Of a stretch of 64,000 nucleotides of DNA, positions 48,574-58,171 are shown one piece after another; position 1 is the first letter of the stretch, and each line of letters begins with the position of its first letter. The notes beneath the pieces were generated by a model. That model ran no database searches. It was not told the origin of the DNA and was given only the letters and a program-made list of their open reading frames with translations. Source of the DNA: Candidatus Bathyarchaeota archaeon. Lineage in GTDB: Archaea > Thermoproteota > Bathyarchaeia > TCS64. The stretch is taken from assembly GCA_026014815.1 (NCBI GenBank), contig JAOZHP010000077.1:6819-70818 (forward strand), given 5' to 3'. The position numbers were made by a program, and so were the translations under genes.

Positions 48574-50337
48574 CTACTCCCTGACTAACACCTTCCCGGG
48601 CAATGCCCCTGCGTGCACCGAGTTTTTCACGACCAGCTCCCCGTTCACGATGACATAGGGAATGCCCTCGGGGTACTGACGTGGCACGATCTGGGTGCCC
48701 TTATCAGTGATGGACTCCGGGTCCCAGACCACGATGTCAGCGTACGCACCTGTCTTAAGGACACCCCGGTCGGTGAGCTTGAACTTCTGAGCCGGGCTTC
48801 CTGTGATCTTTCTGACCGCTTCCTCGATGCTCATCACCTTAGCCTCCCTTACTGTCCGTCTGAGGTAACAAGGGAACCCACCGTAGCTGTTCTGGTTTGG
48901 GTAACTGGGTGGATGATGCCAGCTCTCACGTTTATCGTCGACAGCGAAGGTGTCGATGCCTATCATCATCTCGGGGTGCTTGTAGAACTCCAGTTTCACC
49001 CAGTCGTTGTCGCCACGCCTCTCTACCTTGGTGTAGGGGTCAGCCTTCAAGACTTTGAACAAGGCATCAAGCTCATCTATGTTCTTCTCCTCAGCGATAT
49101 CCGTGATGGTCTTCTCCCTGAACTCCTCGACCTTACACTCTGCGACCACCCTTGCACTCGCCCAGTAACGGTTGATGTTCGGGTTCAATCTGTAATGCTT
49201 ACCCGCCCAGATACTCGTCTTGATCTCCTCCCTGAAATCAGGCATCCTCAACGCCTCGGCAAGCTGCTCAGGGGAGCCAGCTATCGCAAGCCATGGACGC
49301 AGACTGTGCACAAGCCATGGTGAGGTGCCGATGCCTCCTGTTAGGTGATTGGGAATCTCATCGAAGCTCACGTCGATTCCCTCAGCCCGTGCGTCATCTA
49401 TTATCTTCAGTGTTGCCATTACAGCCTCCTTCATCAGTTCTTTGTTATCGCTTGGAGTCACGTCGTACAACACTCCAAGATGGCTCACCTGTACAGACAT
49501 CTTCGCTTTCCTGCCCACATCGATAGCTTCTAGAACGCCTTTGGTCTTGACCGGAGAGAACTCACCCGGTCGACGAGGCTTTCTATGACCAGTCCTTAAG
49601 CTGTGGCTCCCATAGACGCCGCCATACTTCGCCGCAACCTTTGCGCATGCAAGTATCTCATCGAAGCTAGCCCAGATACCTGGATCATAGTCTCTGCCAA
49701 CGGTGATGCCCCTGCAGCCCTCCTCCATCGCCTGCTTAGTGTGCTTCACCATCTCTTTGATCTCCTTCCCTGTTGCGTGGCGCTTGAAGTCAGGACCCAT
49801 TACCAGGCTTCTGATGTCACCGTGGCCCACCAATGGTACATAGTTGGGGCTAAAACCCATGCCTTCAAGTCGCTTGAAGAACCCCGCCATGGTGTCCCAG
49901 TCAATCTCCCAGCCATAGACCTCCTTATGCCGCTGATTCACCTTGTCACGGGGCTGAAGCCAGCTCTTCACATACATCATTGGCGCGATATCAGTGTACA
50001 AGTCGCCGAGTACCCATGGCAACCCAATCCAGTCACCGAAGGGTCCAGGGCTGTCACCACATTGACCACCTACAAAAGTAGTGATGCCTTGTTGCAGGAA
50101 ACCTTCTGCTCTCGGGTAGTACATGATGCTGAGGTCGCCGTGGTTATGAACATCGATGAAACCAGGTGACACTACCATCCCTTTCCCGTCGATAACAGTC
50201 ACGGCGTCGCCGTCAATCTTCTTACCGAGCGCCTTGATCCTGTCGCCTTTGACGGCTACGGAGCCCTTGTAACTTGGCGCGCCTGTGCCATCAACGATCA
50301 GAGCGTCATTAACCAGAATATCATACTCTTCAGACAT
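48574..50337 (-). CDS. N-acyl-D-amino-acid deacylase (D-aminoacylase) family amidohydrolase
   Basis: N-terminal ILVNDALIVDGTG...GDRI...GFIDVHNHGD is the D-aminoacylase pattern. 587 aa. Confidence 0.65.
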   Translation of the reverse strand: MSEEYDILVNDALIVDGTGAPSYKGSVAVKGDRIKALGKKIDGDAVTVIDGKGMVVSPGFIDVHNHGDLSIMYYPRAEGFLQQGITTFVGGQCGDSPGPFGDWIGLPWVLGDLYTDIAPMMYVKSWLQPRDKVNQRHKEVYGWEIDWDTMAGFFKRLEGMGFSPNYVPLVGHGDIRSLVMGPDFKRHATGKEIKEMVKHTKQAMEEGCRGITVGRDYDPGIWASFDEILACAKVAAKYGGVYGSHSLRTGHRKPRRPGEFSPVKTKGVLEAIDVGRKAKMSVQVSHLGVLYDVTPSDNKELMKEAVMATLKIIDDARAEGIDVSFDEIPNHLTGGIGTSPWLVHSLRPWLAIAGSPEQLAEALRMPDFREEIKTSIWAGKHYRLNPNINRYWASARVVAECKVEEFREKTITDIAEEKNIDELDALFKVLKADPYTKVERRGDNDWVKLEFYKHPEMMIGIDTFAVDDKRESWHHPPSYPNQNSYGGFPCYLRRTVREAKVMSIEEAVRKITGSPAQKFKLTDRGVLKTGAYADIVVWDPESITDKGTQIVPRQYPEGIPYVIVNGELVVKNSVHAGALPGKVLVRE

Positions 50338-50437
50338 GGTTCCACGTATACTTGGGATGCTTTACGTTTTTCCACAGATACAAGGAACAAAGCAACAAGT
50401 ATCAAATAGATAACGACGGAAAGTTACCTGACTTATA

Positions 50438-51313
50438 ATGAAACTTCCATACCACATCGTTGACGTCTTCGCCGAGAACAAGCTGGAGGGAAACCAGCTA
50501 GCCGTTGTCATGGACGAACAAGGTATCAGCGGGGCTCTCATGCAGAAGATCGCGCTGGAGATGAACTTCAGCGAGACCACGTTCATCACCGCTGTAGATA
50601 ACGAGAAGCTTGTCTACAAGGTCAGGATATTCACCAAAGAGAGCGAGCTACCCTTCGCAGGTCACCCAACCCTCGGAACAGCCTACGTAATCCAGCAGAA
50701 CGTTATCGGTAAACCCGTCAAGAAGCTGACGCTGGACCTCAAGGCGGGTATGATTCCTGTCACCTTCAACTACACGGACAATAAGCCAAGCATCCTATGG
50801 ATGAAGCAACTCGATCCAGTCTTCGGTAAGACCCATGACCCGAAGGCAATAGTCGAGTTCCTAGGACTTAACCCAGAGGACATCGACACAGATTACCCCA
50901 TCCAAGAGGTAAGCACAGGCGTATACTTCTTCATGATACCTGTAAAGACAAGTGACGCCGTCAAACGTGTCAAGCTTGACACAGACAAACTAAAGGAATA
51001 CACCAACGACACCGACGCCAAATGGCCACTAATCTTCTGTAGGGAACCCGAGAAACCGGAGAACCACATAAAGTGCCGGATGATCACAACCTTCGGGGAG
51101 GACCCCGCCACAGGAAGCGCCAATGGATGCCTCGCAGGATACTTGGTGAAGCACAGATATTTCGGTGAACCTGAGATCGATGTCCGAGTCGAGCAGGGTG
51201 CCGAGATGAACAGGCCAAGCATACTCTATCTGAAGGCAAAGGAAATGGGCGAAGAGATCGAGGTCAATGTCGGCGGCAAGGTCGTAGCAGTAGCCGAGGG
51301 CCACCTCGTCTAA
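50438..51313 (+). CDS. PhzF-family phenazine-biosynthesis-like isomerase
   Basis: LPYHIVDVFAENKLEGNQLAVV...FSETTFI. About 290 aa, two-domain DapF-like fold pattern. Confidence 0.7.
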   Translation: MKLPYHIVDVFAENKLEGNQLAVVMDEQGISGALMQKIALEMNFSETTFITAVDNEKLVYKVRIFTKESELPFAGHPTLGTAYVIQQNVIGKPVKKLTLDLKAGMIPVTFNYTDNKPSILWMKQLDPVFGKTHDPKAIVEFLGLNPEDIDTDYPIQEVSTGVYFFMIPVKTSDAVKRVKLDTDKLKEYTNDTDAKWPLIFCREPEKPENHIKCRMITTFGEDPATGSANGCLAGYLVKHRYFGEPEIDVRVEQGAEMNRPSILYLKAKEMGEEIEVNVGGKVVAVAEGHLV

Positions 51314-51322
51314 CCCCTTTAT

Positions 51323-52132
51323 ATGACCCGCGTCCTTTCCTTCAATACAATGTCCACACCAGATCAAGTATCAATTGTCGGGGCTACCGAGGAGGAAATC
51401 CACTGGCTCACTGAGGTGTGCAAACGAGCATACGACAACGATCCAGAGATAACTGAACACCAGGCAGCTCCCAAAGGCTACGATAAACCCAAGAAACACA
51501 TGAACTACATGGAGTACAACGACTACCAACGCATAGTACTAGACGACTTAACCGCAGGAGCATTAATCATCGCAAACCGCGGCGAACACATCAAGGAACT
51601 TGTTCAGGTATACGTGGAACCCGAGTATCAGCGCCAAGGAGTAGCAACCAAGGCGATCCGCCTGGTCATGGAAAAGTACCCTGAGGTCAAGATATGGACC
51701 GCAGCAGCCCCCGAGTGGAGCACAGCCGCCACAGGGCTCCTTGAGAAACTAGAATTCTCACAGGAGGGAGTCGTCACAGGGAGTGACAAATGGCTCACCA
51801 ACTGGTATCAGAGAGCATCAGGTGAGGCGCCGTCAAAGCCCAAGATCGCTGAACTCAGCGAGGGAATGAAGAACATCACCGTCGAGGGCGAGATACTTGA
51901 GAAAGCCTACGCGCGTCAAGTCAGGAGCAAACGCAGATACGAAACACTCACCGTCGCCGAGACAGGGTTCAGTGACAAGTCAGGCCGACTTGTCCTAACC
52001 CTTTGGAACGAACAGATCAAACTCGTGAACGTAGGCGATAAAGTGCGAGTGATAAACGGGTACGTTACAAGCTACAGGGGCATCACACAGCTCAATGTAG
52101 GTAGATCGGGACGCCTCGTCAAGCTCATCTAA
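51323..52132 (+). CDS. GNAT acetyltransferase fused to a C-terminal RPA/SSB-like OB-fold domain
   Basis: GNAT motif A: VYVEPEYQRQGVATKAI. C-terminal NITVEGEILEKAYARQVRSKRRYETLTVAETGFSDKSGRLVLTLWNEQIKLVNVGDKVRVINGYVTSYRGITQLNVGRSGRLVKL is a typical archaeal RPA-like OB fold. Confidence 0.55.
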   Translation: MTRVLSFNTMSTPDQVSIVGATEEEIHWLTEVCKRAYDNDPEITEHQAAPKGYDKPKKHMNYMEYNDYQRIVLDDLTAGALIIANRGEHIKELVQVYVEPEYQRQGVATKAIRLVMEKYPEVKIWTAAAPEWSTAATGLLEKLEFSQEGVVTGSDKWLTNWYQRASGEAPSKPKIAELSEGMKNITVEGEILEKAYARQVRSKRRYETLTVAETGFSDKSGRLVLTLWNEQIKLVNVGDKVRVINGYVTSYRGITQLNVGRSGRLVKLI

Positions 52133-52213
52133 CCAATTATTAGCCAAACAGGCATCCATGAGGGCACACAAACCTCTACCCTCACCTCGTGACATGTCAA
52201 TCGGGTACCTGAG

Positions 52214-53383
52214 ATAAACATCGCGATAATCCACATGGGCTTTTTCTACAACGGAGGCGGAGAACGCACCGTCCTGAGTCAAGCGATAGAGCTCCAACGA
52301 CGAGGCCATAAGGTTCACGTCTACGCGCCCACGATCCAGCCCAACTGCTTCCCCGAGCTAATTAAACAAGTAAAGACCACAGAGCTTGCGGGGTTTCTAC
52401 CTCAAGGCACGCCCATCAGAAACGCGTCAGGCATGATTCTGTCCAGCCTCAGGGTTCCCATCAAACGTTTCAAGGACTTCGATGTGGTGCTTGCTCACGG
52501 TCAGCCCAGTAACTGGATCGCTTCAAGGATCAAACACCGCCTCCAAACACCATATGTCTCATATCTACACCAGGTCAACAGATTTTTCCAGCCACGGGAA
52601 GTGGACAAACAAACAGGATGGAAAACAGACGGAAATCTACAGTTCTTAGAGTTCCTCCATAGAGGCAACCTAGTCGTAAAGGAGCTGGATATGCGCTCGA
52701 TACGCCAAGCCGATTACGTACTCACAAACTCCCACTGGATAAAAGAAAAGATACAGGACTATTACGGCGTCGAGCCCACTGTATGCCACCCCGGAGTAGA
52801 CACAAAAACATTCACACAAACCCAACACCAAGAAGAGCAGGGACGCTACATATTATCCACCAACAGGCACTACCCCCAGAAACGGCTTGACTACCTAGTA
52901 GACATCATGCGAATATTAACCAGAAGTCACCCGGGCATCAAATGCATCATAACAGGACAGTACACTCCATACACCAACACGCTACAGAAACTAGTCACAA
53001 AAGCAGGCTTGAGCCAAAGTATCCATCTCACAGGCAACCTAACCTCGGAAAAACTCCTAGACACCTACACCGGCTCCTACATCTACACCTTCACGTCACC
53101 AGAGGAGGACTTTGGCCTAGGACCCTTGGAGGCAGCAGCCTGTGGTGTACCCTCCGTCGTCTGGGATCACGCGGGGCCCAGAGAAACAGTTGTAGACGGC
53201 GTAACAGGGTACCGCGTTACCCCCTACTCGGTAACTGAGATGGCTGAGAGACACTTGGAACTTTTGGCGAACCCCCCGCTCCGAGACACGATGGGGAAAG
53301 CGGCAAGGAGCCACGTCATGGACCATTTCACGTGGGAAATACACGTGGATAAGCTGGAAAAGACGCTTCTAACAGCCTGCTAG
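52214..53383 (+). CDS. GT4-family glycosyltransferase; conserved N-terminus (NIAIIHMGFFYNGGGER) lies upstream of the first ATG, implying an ATA or ATC start
   Basis: C-terminal EEDFGLGPLEAAACGVPSV is the GT4 E-x7-E motif. The beta1 strand IAIIH and the GGGER loop precede ATG 52235. In-frame TGA at 52190, and no ATG, GTG or TTG between it and 52235. Confidence 0.6.
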   Translation: MNIAIIHMGFFYNGGGERTVLSQAIELQRRGHKVHVYAPTIQPNCFPELIKQVKTTELAGFLPQGTPIRNASGMILSSLRVPIKRFKDFDVVLAHGQPSNWIASRIKHRLQTPYVSYLHQVNRFFQPREVDKQTGWKTDGNLQFLEFLHRGNLVVKELDMRSIRQADYVLTNSHWIKEKIQDYYGVEPTVCHPGVDTKTFTQTQHQEEQGRYILSTNRHYPQKRLDYLVDIMRILTRSHPGIKCIITGQYTPYTNTLQKLVTKAGLSQSIHLTGNLTSEKLLDTYTGSYIYTFTSPEEDFGLGPLEAAACGVPSVVWDHAGPRETVVDGVTGYRVTPYSVTEMAERHLELLANPPLRDTMGKAARSHVMDHFTWEIHVDKLEKTLLTAC

Positions 53384-53490
53384 GCATTTGGGATCGGTGA
53401 TCCACTTAACTGAACTGTCCCTTTGATGATGAAGATTGGTACGCTTATTGTTTATTAAACATTACAAACCCAATTTTTCTGGGAAACGCA

Positions 53491-56400
53491 ATGAGAACAA
53501 CGAGAAAATTACCCATTACTAAGCGAGTTATATCAATCATAGTGATAGGAATCTTACTCCTATCCTCAATCATACCAATAGCATTCGCGGCAACACCCCC
53601 AACTATACCCGGAAACGAGACTTACATGACCGTTGACGGCGTTCTCGATACAGACAGCTACATACTCTATCCCTACGAGGAAGAAAGCCTCAACATAGGC
53701 TTCTCCAAGTACGGCGAGATGATCAACCCCGATGCCGGGGTTGGACTAGAGTACAAAGGAATAGATGTCTTCGCCAACCCCAACGTTGTTCCAATGTCCA
53801 AATGGAGCAGCGGCTGGATAATGGACATACACTATATACAGCAGGGACACCTGCGGAACGTATGGGCGTACGCGCTTTTCAGCGACTTAGATCTATCAGC
53901 TGGACCCGCTGCCTTCGATGAGGGCTGGAAGGTCCTGCAGCAAACCAAGGACGCGGACACAAGCATCCCCGGCGAGCAGCACGGAGGACAACGAACCAAC
54001 GGAATCGCCGAGACTGACCCGATCCGTCTAATCTACGACGGACCAAGGAGATCTATTTACTTACTCAGGACCGTGATCAGCACTCCCGAGGATGAAGCTC
54101 TCATCGAGCTGACCATACAGCTGGTCTTCAATAAGGTCAAAAAGTACGTCATGGAGATCAAGGACATCAAACGAGTCGCAGACGACAAGTTCGAAGGCCC
54201 CTTCCAGATAGAGTTCAGCCAAAGAGGTCAATGGGACCTCGGCGACGAGGCAAACAGCCTCAGCTACGCAGAGTTCTACAACGGCCTAGAGACAAAGTAC
54301 AACAAACACCCATTCTACACGGTTGACACCGAGCTACCCGAAGGACAGGAACATGAGGTAACATACGACCTTGTCCAGATAATCGCAGACGACGAGGACT
54401 TGGTCGGCTTCGCGGCTTTCTGGCCTCAACTCATAAGCAAATGGGTGACCAACATCGACAGCGGCATAACGAGAATAGGCCGCGACAAGGAACCCAACTA
54501 CTTGACCACAATGGAAACCAAGGAACTAGTAGTCGATATATTAGAGCTACCCGACCTGAAGAAAGAAGAGGATAACTATTACTACATCTGGACAGACGCA
54601 GCGCCGACGGGACCAGACTCACTAGAGATAAGGTTCCCTGACGATACGTTGGTGGAGTACCCACGAGGCTTAGGGGAGTGGAGTGACCAGCCCTGGGTCT
54701 TCAAATGGGACGAAATAGCCGCCGACTGGATGGTGTTATACAGCCCAACCGACTGGATATGGGATGATGGACCCAACAAGGTTTACTTCCCATTCGGACA
54801 CTGGGAGCCAGGAGACAGCTTCAAACTAGTATACAAACGAACGATGATGGGCCACATAGAGCATGAGCCAGTTCCGCTATCTTGTATGGACGGCCTCTTT
54901 GAGGACGATGAAGTTGGGCTCTCCTTCGGGATGTTCGACGAGCCCAAGGTACCATACGTGTTCGCTGAATGGGACTTTGACCTAGATGTCTACGACCCGG
55001 ACAAGGCCTCAGGTCATTTCAGATGCATGTCACTGTACGGAATCACCGATAACAACGACGCAGTGGACCCTGATATGAACACCGACAACGAGTTCAAGAT
55101 CGACAAAGAGGTCATCTATCAACTCAACGAGGTCTTCAACCCATGGGACCTAAAGGACGCAGCCCACAAGGACACCTTCAGGTGGGCCCAGAAAGGTGAT
55201 AGCGACCCTATCACCCTCAAAGCACACTTGATGGACAAGTACGGCAACCTACGAGACTGCCTCGAAGGGAAGCACGTCCTATGTAAACCCGAGAAATGGG
55301 GAGAATACTGCGAAGACAGCGAGAAAGTGCTAATCTGGGACAGTCAAGGCGAGAGACTCCTCAAGAGAGACACAGAGTACACCTTTGACCCGGAGACGGG
55401 CGTGATAGATATCTTTGTACCCTTCTACGAGTACAAGGTACTCTACTCAACGATCCTGTTACCACCGCCAATGACATGGGACGAGACAGACTTTGGGCTC
55501 AGAACCATCAACACCACCACATATGGAATCGACCTGACAAGAGAGTTCACTAGAGACTATGTAGTCTGGACATTCGATTACGACCCAGCGACGATCCCCG
55601 TCCACAGCATGACCGCGGTGGACATCATCTTCAAGAGATGCGACGGCTCCGTGGTGCAGATCGGGTTCGCACCCGGCGAAACCGGTGGAGACATCCCCAT
55701 CATGAAGATATGGGATGGAAGCTGGAGCGGTATAATGGAACTGCCCGACGACATCATAGTAACCCCAGGCACCCTCAACGAAGAGCACTACGAGATAATG
55801 ATCCCGTACAAGTACTTCCTGGACCGTAAATGCCTAAGATGGGCCGCATACGTGCAGGCCGACTTCGACGAGCCTTACGGTGGATCACAGCAGATGGTGT
55901 TCCCATACGGATGGGGCAAGGCACCTCACGAGGACCCATGGAGCAATCCTCTACACAACCTCTACAACGATGGAGTATGCTGGCACAATGGAAGATGGGA
56001 GTGGCTGGTGATAGGCGAGCCATCCCTAGCCTCTGACTCCAGCGGCTCCGCGATGCTAACCGCTACGTGGGCCGACTGGAAGAACAAGGAGACATGGCTA
56101 AGCGCCCTGGACACCCAGTCACTGGATTGGGGACCCACCATACCCTACGTGTTGAGACCCATGGACGGCGACTTCAGAGACGACCTTGGAAGAGCACACC
56201 TCAAGGACGACTGGTGCACACCAGACAACTGGAACGGCGAGGAGATATACCCCTACGCCATCAGCAGCAGCAACATACTCGTCGTGGGTGGACCCATAGT
56301 CAACCTCGCGGCCGAGTACTTCAACGACTTCACAGACGCCTTCGTCTACAGCCAGTACGGTGATGGGTTCTACGCGCCTGGATGTTGGGCACGAACCACA

Positions 56401-56874
56401 CAACCATACTGGTCAGAGGACGTCTTCAACGACGTAACACCCGACGAACTATGGTACGACAGCGTGGACATACACGACGACATCGGGTACGCCATAATAT
56501 CCACATACAAGGACCTAAACGAGACAATCGGCTTCATCGTCTACGGCTACACAGCCGAGGACACCTACTACACATGCTACGCCCTCCGAGGAGGAGGACT
56601 ACCGTGGCTACAGGAGATACAGCCGGGAGTCACAACGGTACTCGTGGAGATGGACTATAAAGACCCCGACCTACACCCGGTAAGGTTCCACGTCAAGGAG
56701 TTCCTGGGACCCTTCACGGAGTGCACAGGAGCATACACCAGCTTCAAAGACGGAATCTACCATGACATGATCCTCTGCGGCACCGAGAACATAGAGTTCG
56801 AGGCAGAGTGCCTAGGCCTATGCTACAAACTCGTGGATATCGACTTCTGCGGACAGGTACACCCAGACCCATAA
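53491..56874 (+). CDS. Very large secreted protein (1127 aa) of unknown function, rich in Trp, Asp and Tyr with scattered Cys
   Basis: N-terminal signal peptide or TM segment VISIIVIGILLLSSIIPIAFAATPP. No further TM segment. No family recognised. Followed by a T9 terminator. Confidence 0.5.
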   Translation: MRTTRKLPITKRVISIIVIGILLLSSIIPIAFAATPPTIPGNETYMTVDGVLDTDSYILYPYEEESLNIGFSKYGEMINPDAGVGLEYKGIDVFANPNVVPMSKWSSGWIMDIHYIQQGHLRNVWAYALFSDLDLSAGPAAFDEGWKVLQQTKDADTSIPGEQHGGQRTNGIAETDPIRLIYDGPRRSIYLLRTVISTPEDEALIELTIQLVFNKVKKYVMEIKDIKRVADDKFEGPFQIEFSQRGQWDLGDEANSLSYAEFYNGLETKYNKHPFYTVDTELPEGQEHEVTYDLVQIIADDEDLVGFAAFWPQLISKWVTNIDSGITRIGRDKEPNYLTTMETKELVVDILELPDLKKEEDNYYYIWTDAAPTGPDSLEIRFPDDTLVEYPRGLGEWSDQPWVFKWDEIAADWMVLYSPTDWIWDDGPNKVYFPFGHWEPGDSFKLVYKRTMMGHIEHEPVPLSCMDGLFEDDEVGLSFGMFDEPKVPYVFAEWDFDLDVYDPDKASGHFRCMSLYGITDNNDAVDPDMNTDNEFKIDKEVIYQLNEVFNPWDLKDAAHKDTFRWAQKGDSDPITLKAHLMDKYGNLRDCLEGKHVLCKPEKWGEYCEDSEKVLIWDSQGERLLKRDTEYTFDPETGVIDIFVPFYEYKVLYSTILLPPPMTWDETDFGLRTINTTTYGIDLTREFTRDYVVWTFDYDPATIPVHSMTAVDIIFKRCDGSVVQIGFAPGETGGDIPIMKIWDGSWSGIMELPDDIIVTPGTLNEEHYEIMIPYKYFLDRKCLRWAAYVQADFDEPYGGSQQMVFPYGWGKAPHEDPWSNPLHNLYNDGVCWHNGRWEWLVIGEPSLASDSSGSAMLTATWADWKNKETWLSALDTQSLDWGPTIPYVLRPMDGDFRDDLGRAHLKDDWCTPDNWNGEEIYPYAISSSNILVVGGPIVNLAAEYFNDFTDAFVYSQYGDGFYAPGCWARTTQPYWSEDVFNDVTPDELWYDSVDIHDDIGYAIISTYKDLNETIGFIVYGYTAEDTYYTCYALRGGGLPWLQEIQPGVTTVLVEMDYKDPDLHPVRFHVKEFLGPFTECTGAYTSFKDGIYHDMILCGTENIEFEAECLGLCYKLVDIDFCGQVHPDP

Positions 56875-56900
56875 CCCTCTCCCCTTTTTTTTTATATTCG
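56875..56900. terminator. Oligo-T terminator (CCCCTTTTTTTTTAT)
   Basis: A 9-T run immediately follows the TAA of the 1127-aa gene. Confidence 0.5.
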
Positions 56901-56944
56901 GAACATTTTTCAGCCACACTGATGCGATTCATACGGGAACTCAT

Positions 56945-58171
56945 TTGTCTGAAAGGCAACTGCTGGTAAGCAAGATAGAGAACGGAATAGTAATCGACCA
57001 CATCCCGGCGGGTAAAGCCTTCCAAGTACTCAAGCTACTCAAACTCCCAGATGACGCAAGGGCACTGGTAGCCCAGAACGTAGACAGCGAAAGCATGGAA
57101 GCCAAGGACCTCATCAAGATCGAGGGAAGCTACCTCACAAGCAGCGAGATAGACATCATAGCCTTCGTGGCCCCCAACGCCACACTCAACAACATCGAGA
57201 ACTGGCAGGTCAAGGAGAAACGCGTCATCACCCTCCCCGAGAAGATCGAGGGCGCGTTCAACTGCCCAAACACTCTTTGCCCCACCAACACCAGATACAC
57301 GGCGCCAAACACCAGCTTCACAGTCGAGGCAGGGAAACAACTAGAGGAGACCAAGCTCCACTGCATCTACTGCGGAAGCATCACCTACTATGGCACCATC
57401 CAGGAGAACATACAGAGCGAGAGCTTCAGGATCGAGCGCAGAGGCCTCGTAAGCAAGGAAAAGATCGAGGAAGTCTTCCTAGACATGTTAATCCAAGGGG
57501 GAGCCCTCAGGTTCTCCCGGAGCCCCGAGGAGCCATTCATCCTCAAGAGTGGCAGACCAAGCCCATACTTCATCAACCTAGGCGCCCTCACCGACGGAGA
57601 GAGCCTTGCCAAACTAAAATGGGCGTTCGCAAGCTACATCGCCCTCCTCAGGGAGCAGGGCAAGATAACCGACTTCGACTACGTGTTCGGGCCAAGCTAC
57701 AAGGGCATCAGCCTCGCCGCCCTCACATGCGAAGGACTCAACGAGCTATACGGAATGGATATGAGGTACATGTACGACCGCAAGGAGGCCAAGGAGTACG
57801 GCGACATGAGCTCAGACAAAGTGCTGGTAGGCGCCAACTACTTCCAGCCAGGGCAACGCCTCCTCGTGGTGGACGACACCATAACCACGGGACTAACCAA
57901 AGTAGAGACCCTCGAGAAACTCAGGTTACTCGGGGACCACGAGGTAGTGGGAATGGTGATAGCGGTGGACAGGCAGGAGGCGCTGGGCGACAAGGACAAT
58001 GTCGAGGAGCAGAGCGCCGTCCAGTACCTGGAAGAGGAGCTAGGCATACCCGTTTTCAGTATTCAGAACATCCAAAGCATCTTCAACCTCATAAAGGACA
58101 GCATCGGAGACGACATCAAAAAACTCTGGGTCGATTATTACAGCAAGTACGGTATCGTGGACTTGGATTAA
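56945..58171 (+). CDS. Fusion of aspartate carbamoyltransferase regulatory chain (PyrI) with orotate phosphoribosyltransferase (PyrE)
   Basis: N-terminus: IENGIVIDHIPAG, KDLIKIEGS, APNATLNNI, CPNTLCPTN...CIYCGS (PyrI allosteric and Zn domains). C-terminus: FILKSGRPSPYFINLG, FGPSYKGISLAA, YDRKEAKEYGD, LLVVDDTITTG, VDRQEALG (PyrE). TTG start. Confidence 0.8.
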   Translation: MSERQLLVSKIENGIVIDHIPAGKAFQVLKLLKLPDDARALVAQNVDSESMEAKDLIKIEGSYLTSSEIDIIAFVAPNATLNNIENWQVKEKRVITLPEKIEGAFNCPNTLCPTNTRYTAPNTSFTVEAGKQLEETKLHCIYCGSITYYGTIQENIQSESFRIERRGLVSKEKIEEVFLDMLIQGGALRFSRSPEEPFILKSGRPSPYFINLGALTDGESLAKLKWAFASYIALLREQGKITDFDYVFGPSYKGISLAALTCEGLNELYGMDMRYMYDRKEAKEYGDMSSDKVLVGANYFQPGQRLLVVDDTITTGLTKVETLEKLRLLGDHEVVGMVIAVDRQEALGDKDNVEEQSAVQYLEEELGIPVFSIQNIQSIFNLIKDSIGDDIKKLWVDYYSKYGIVDLD

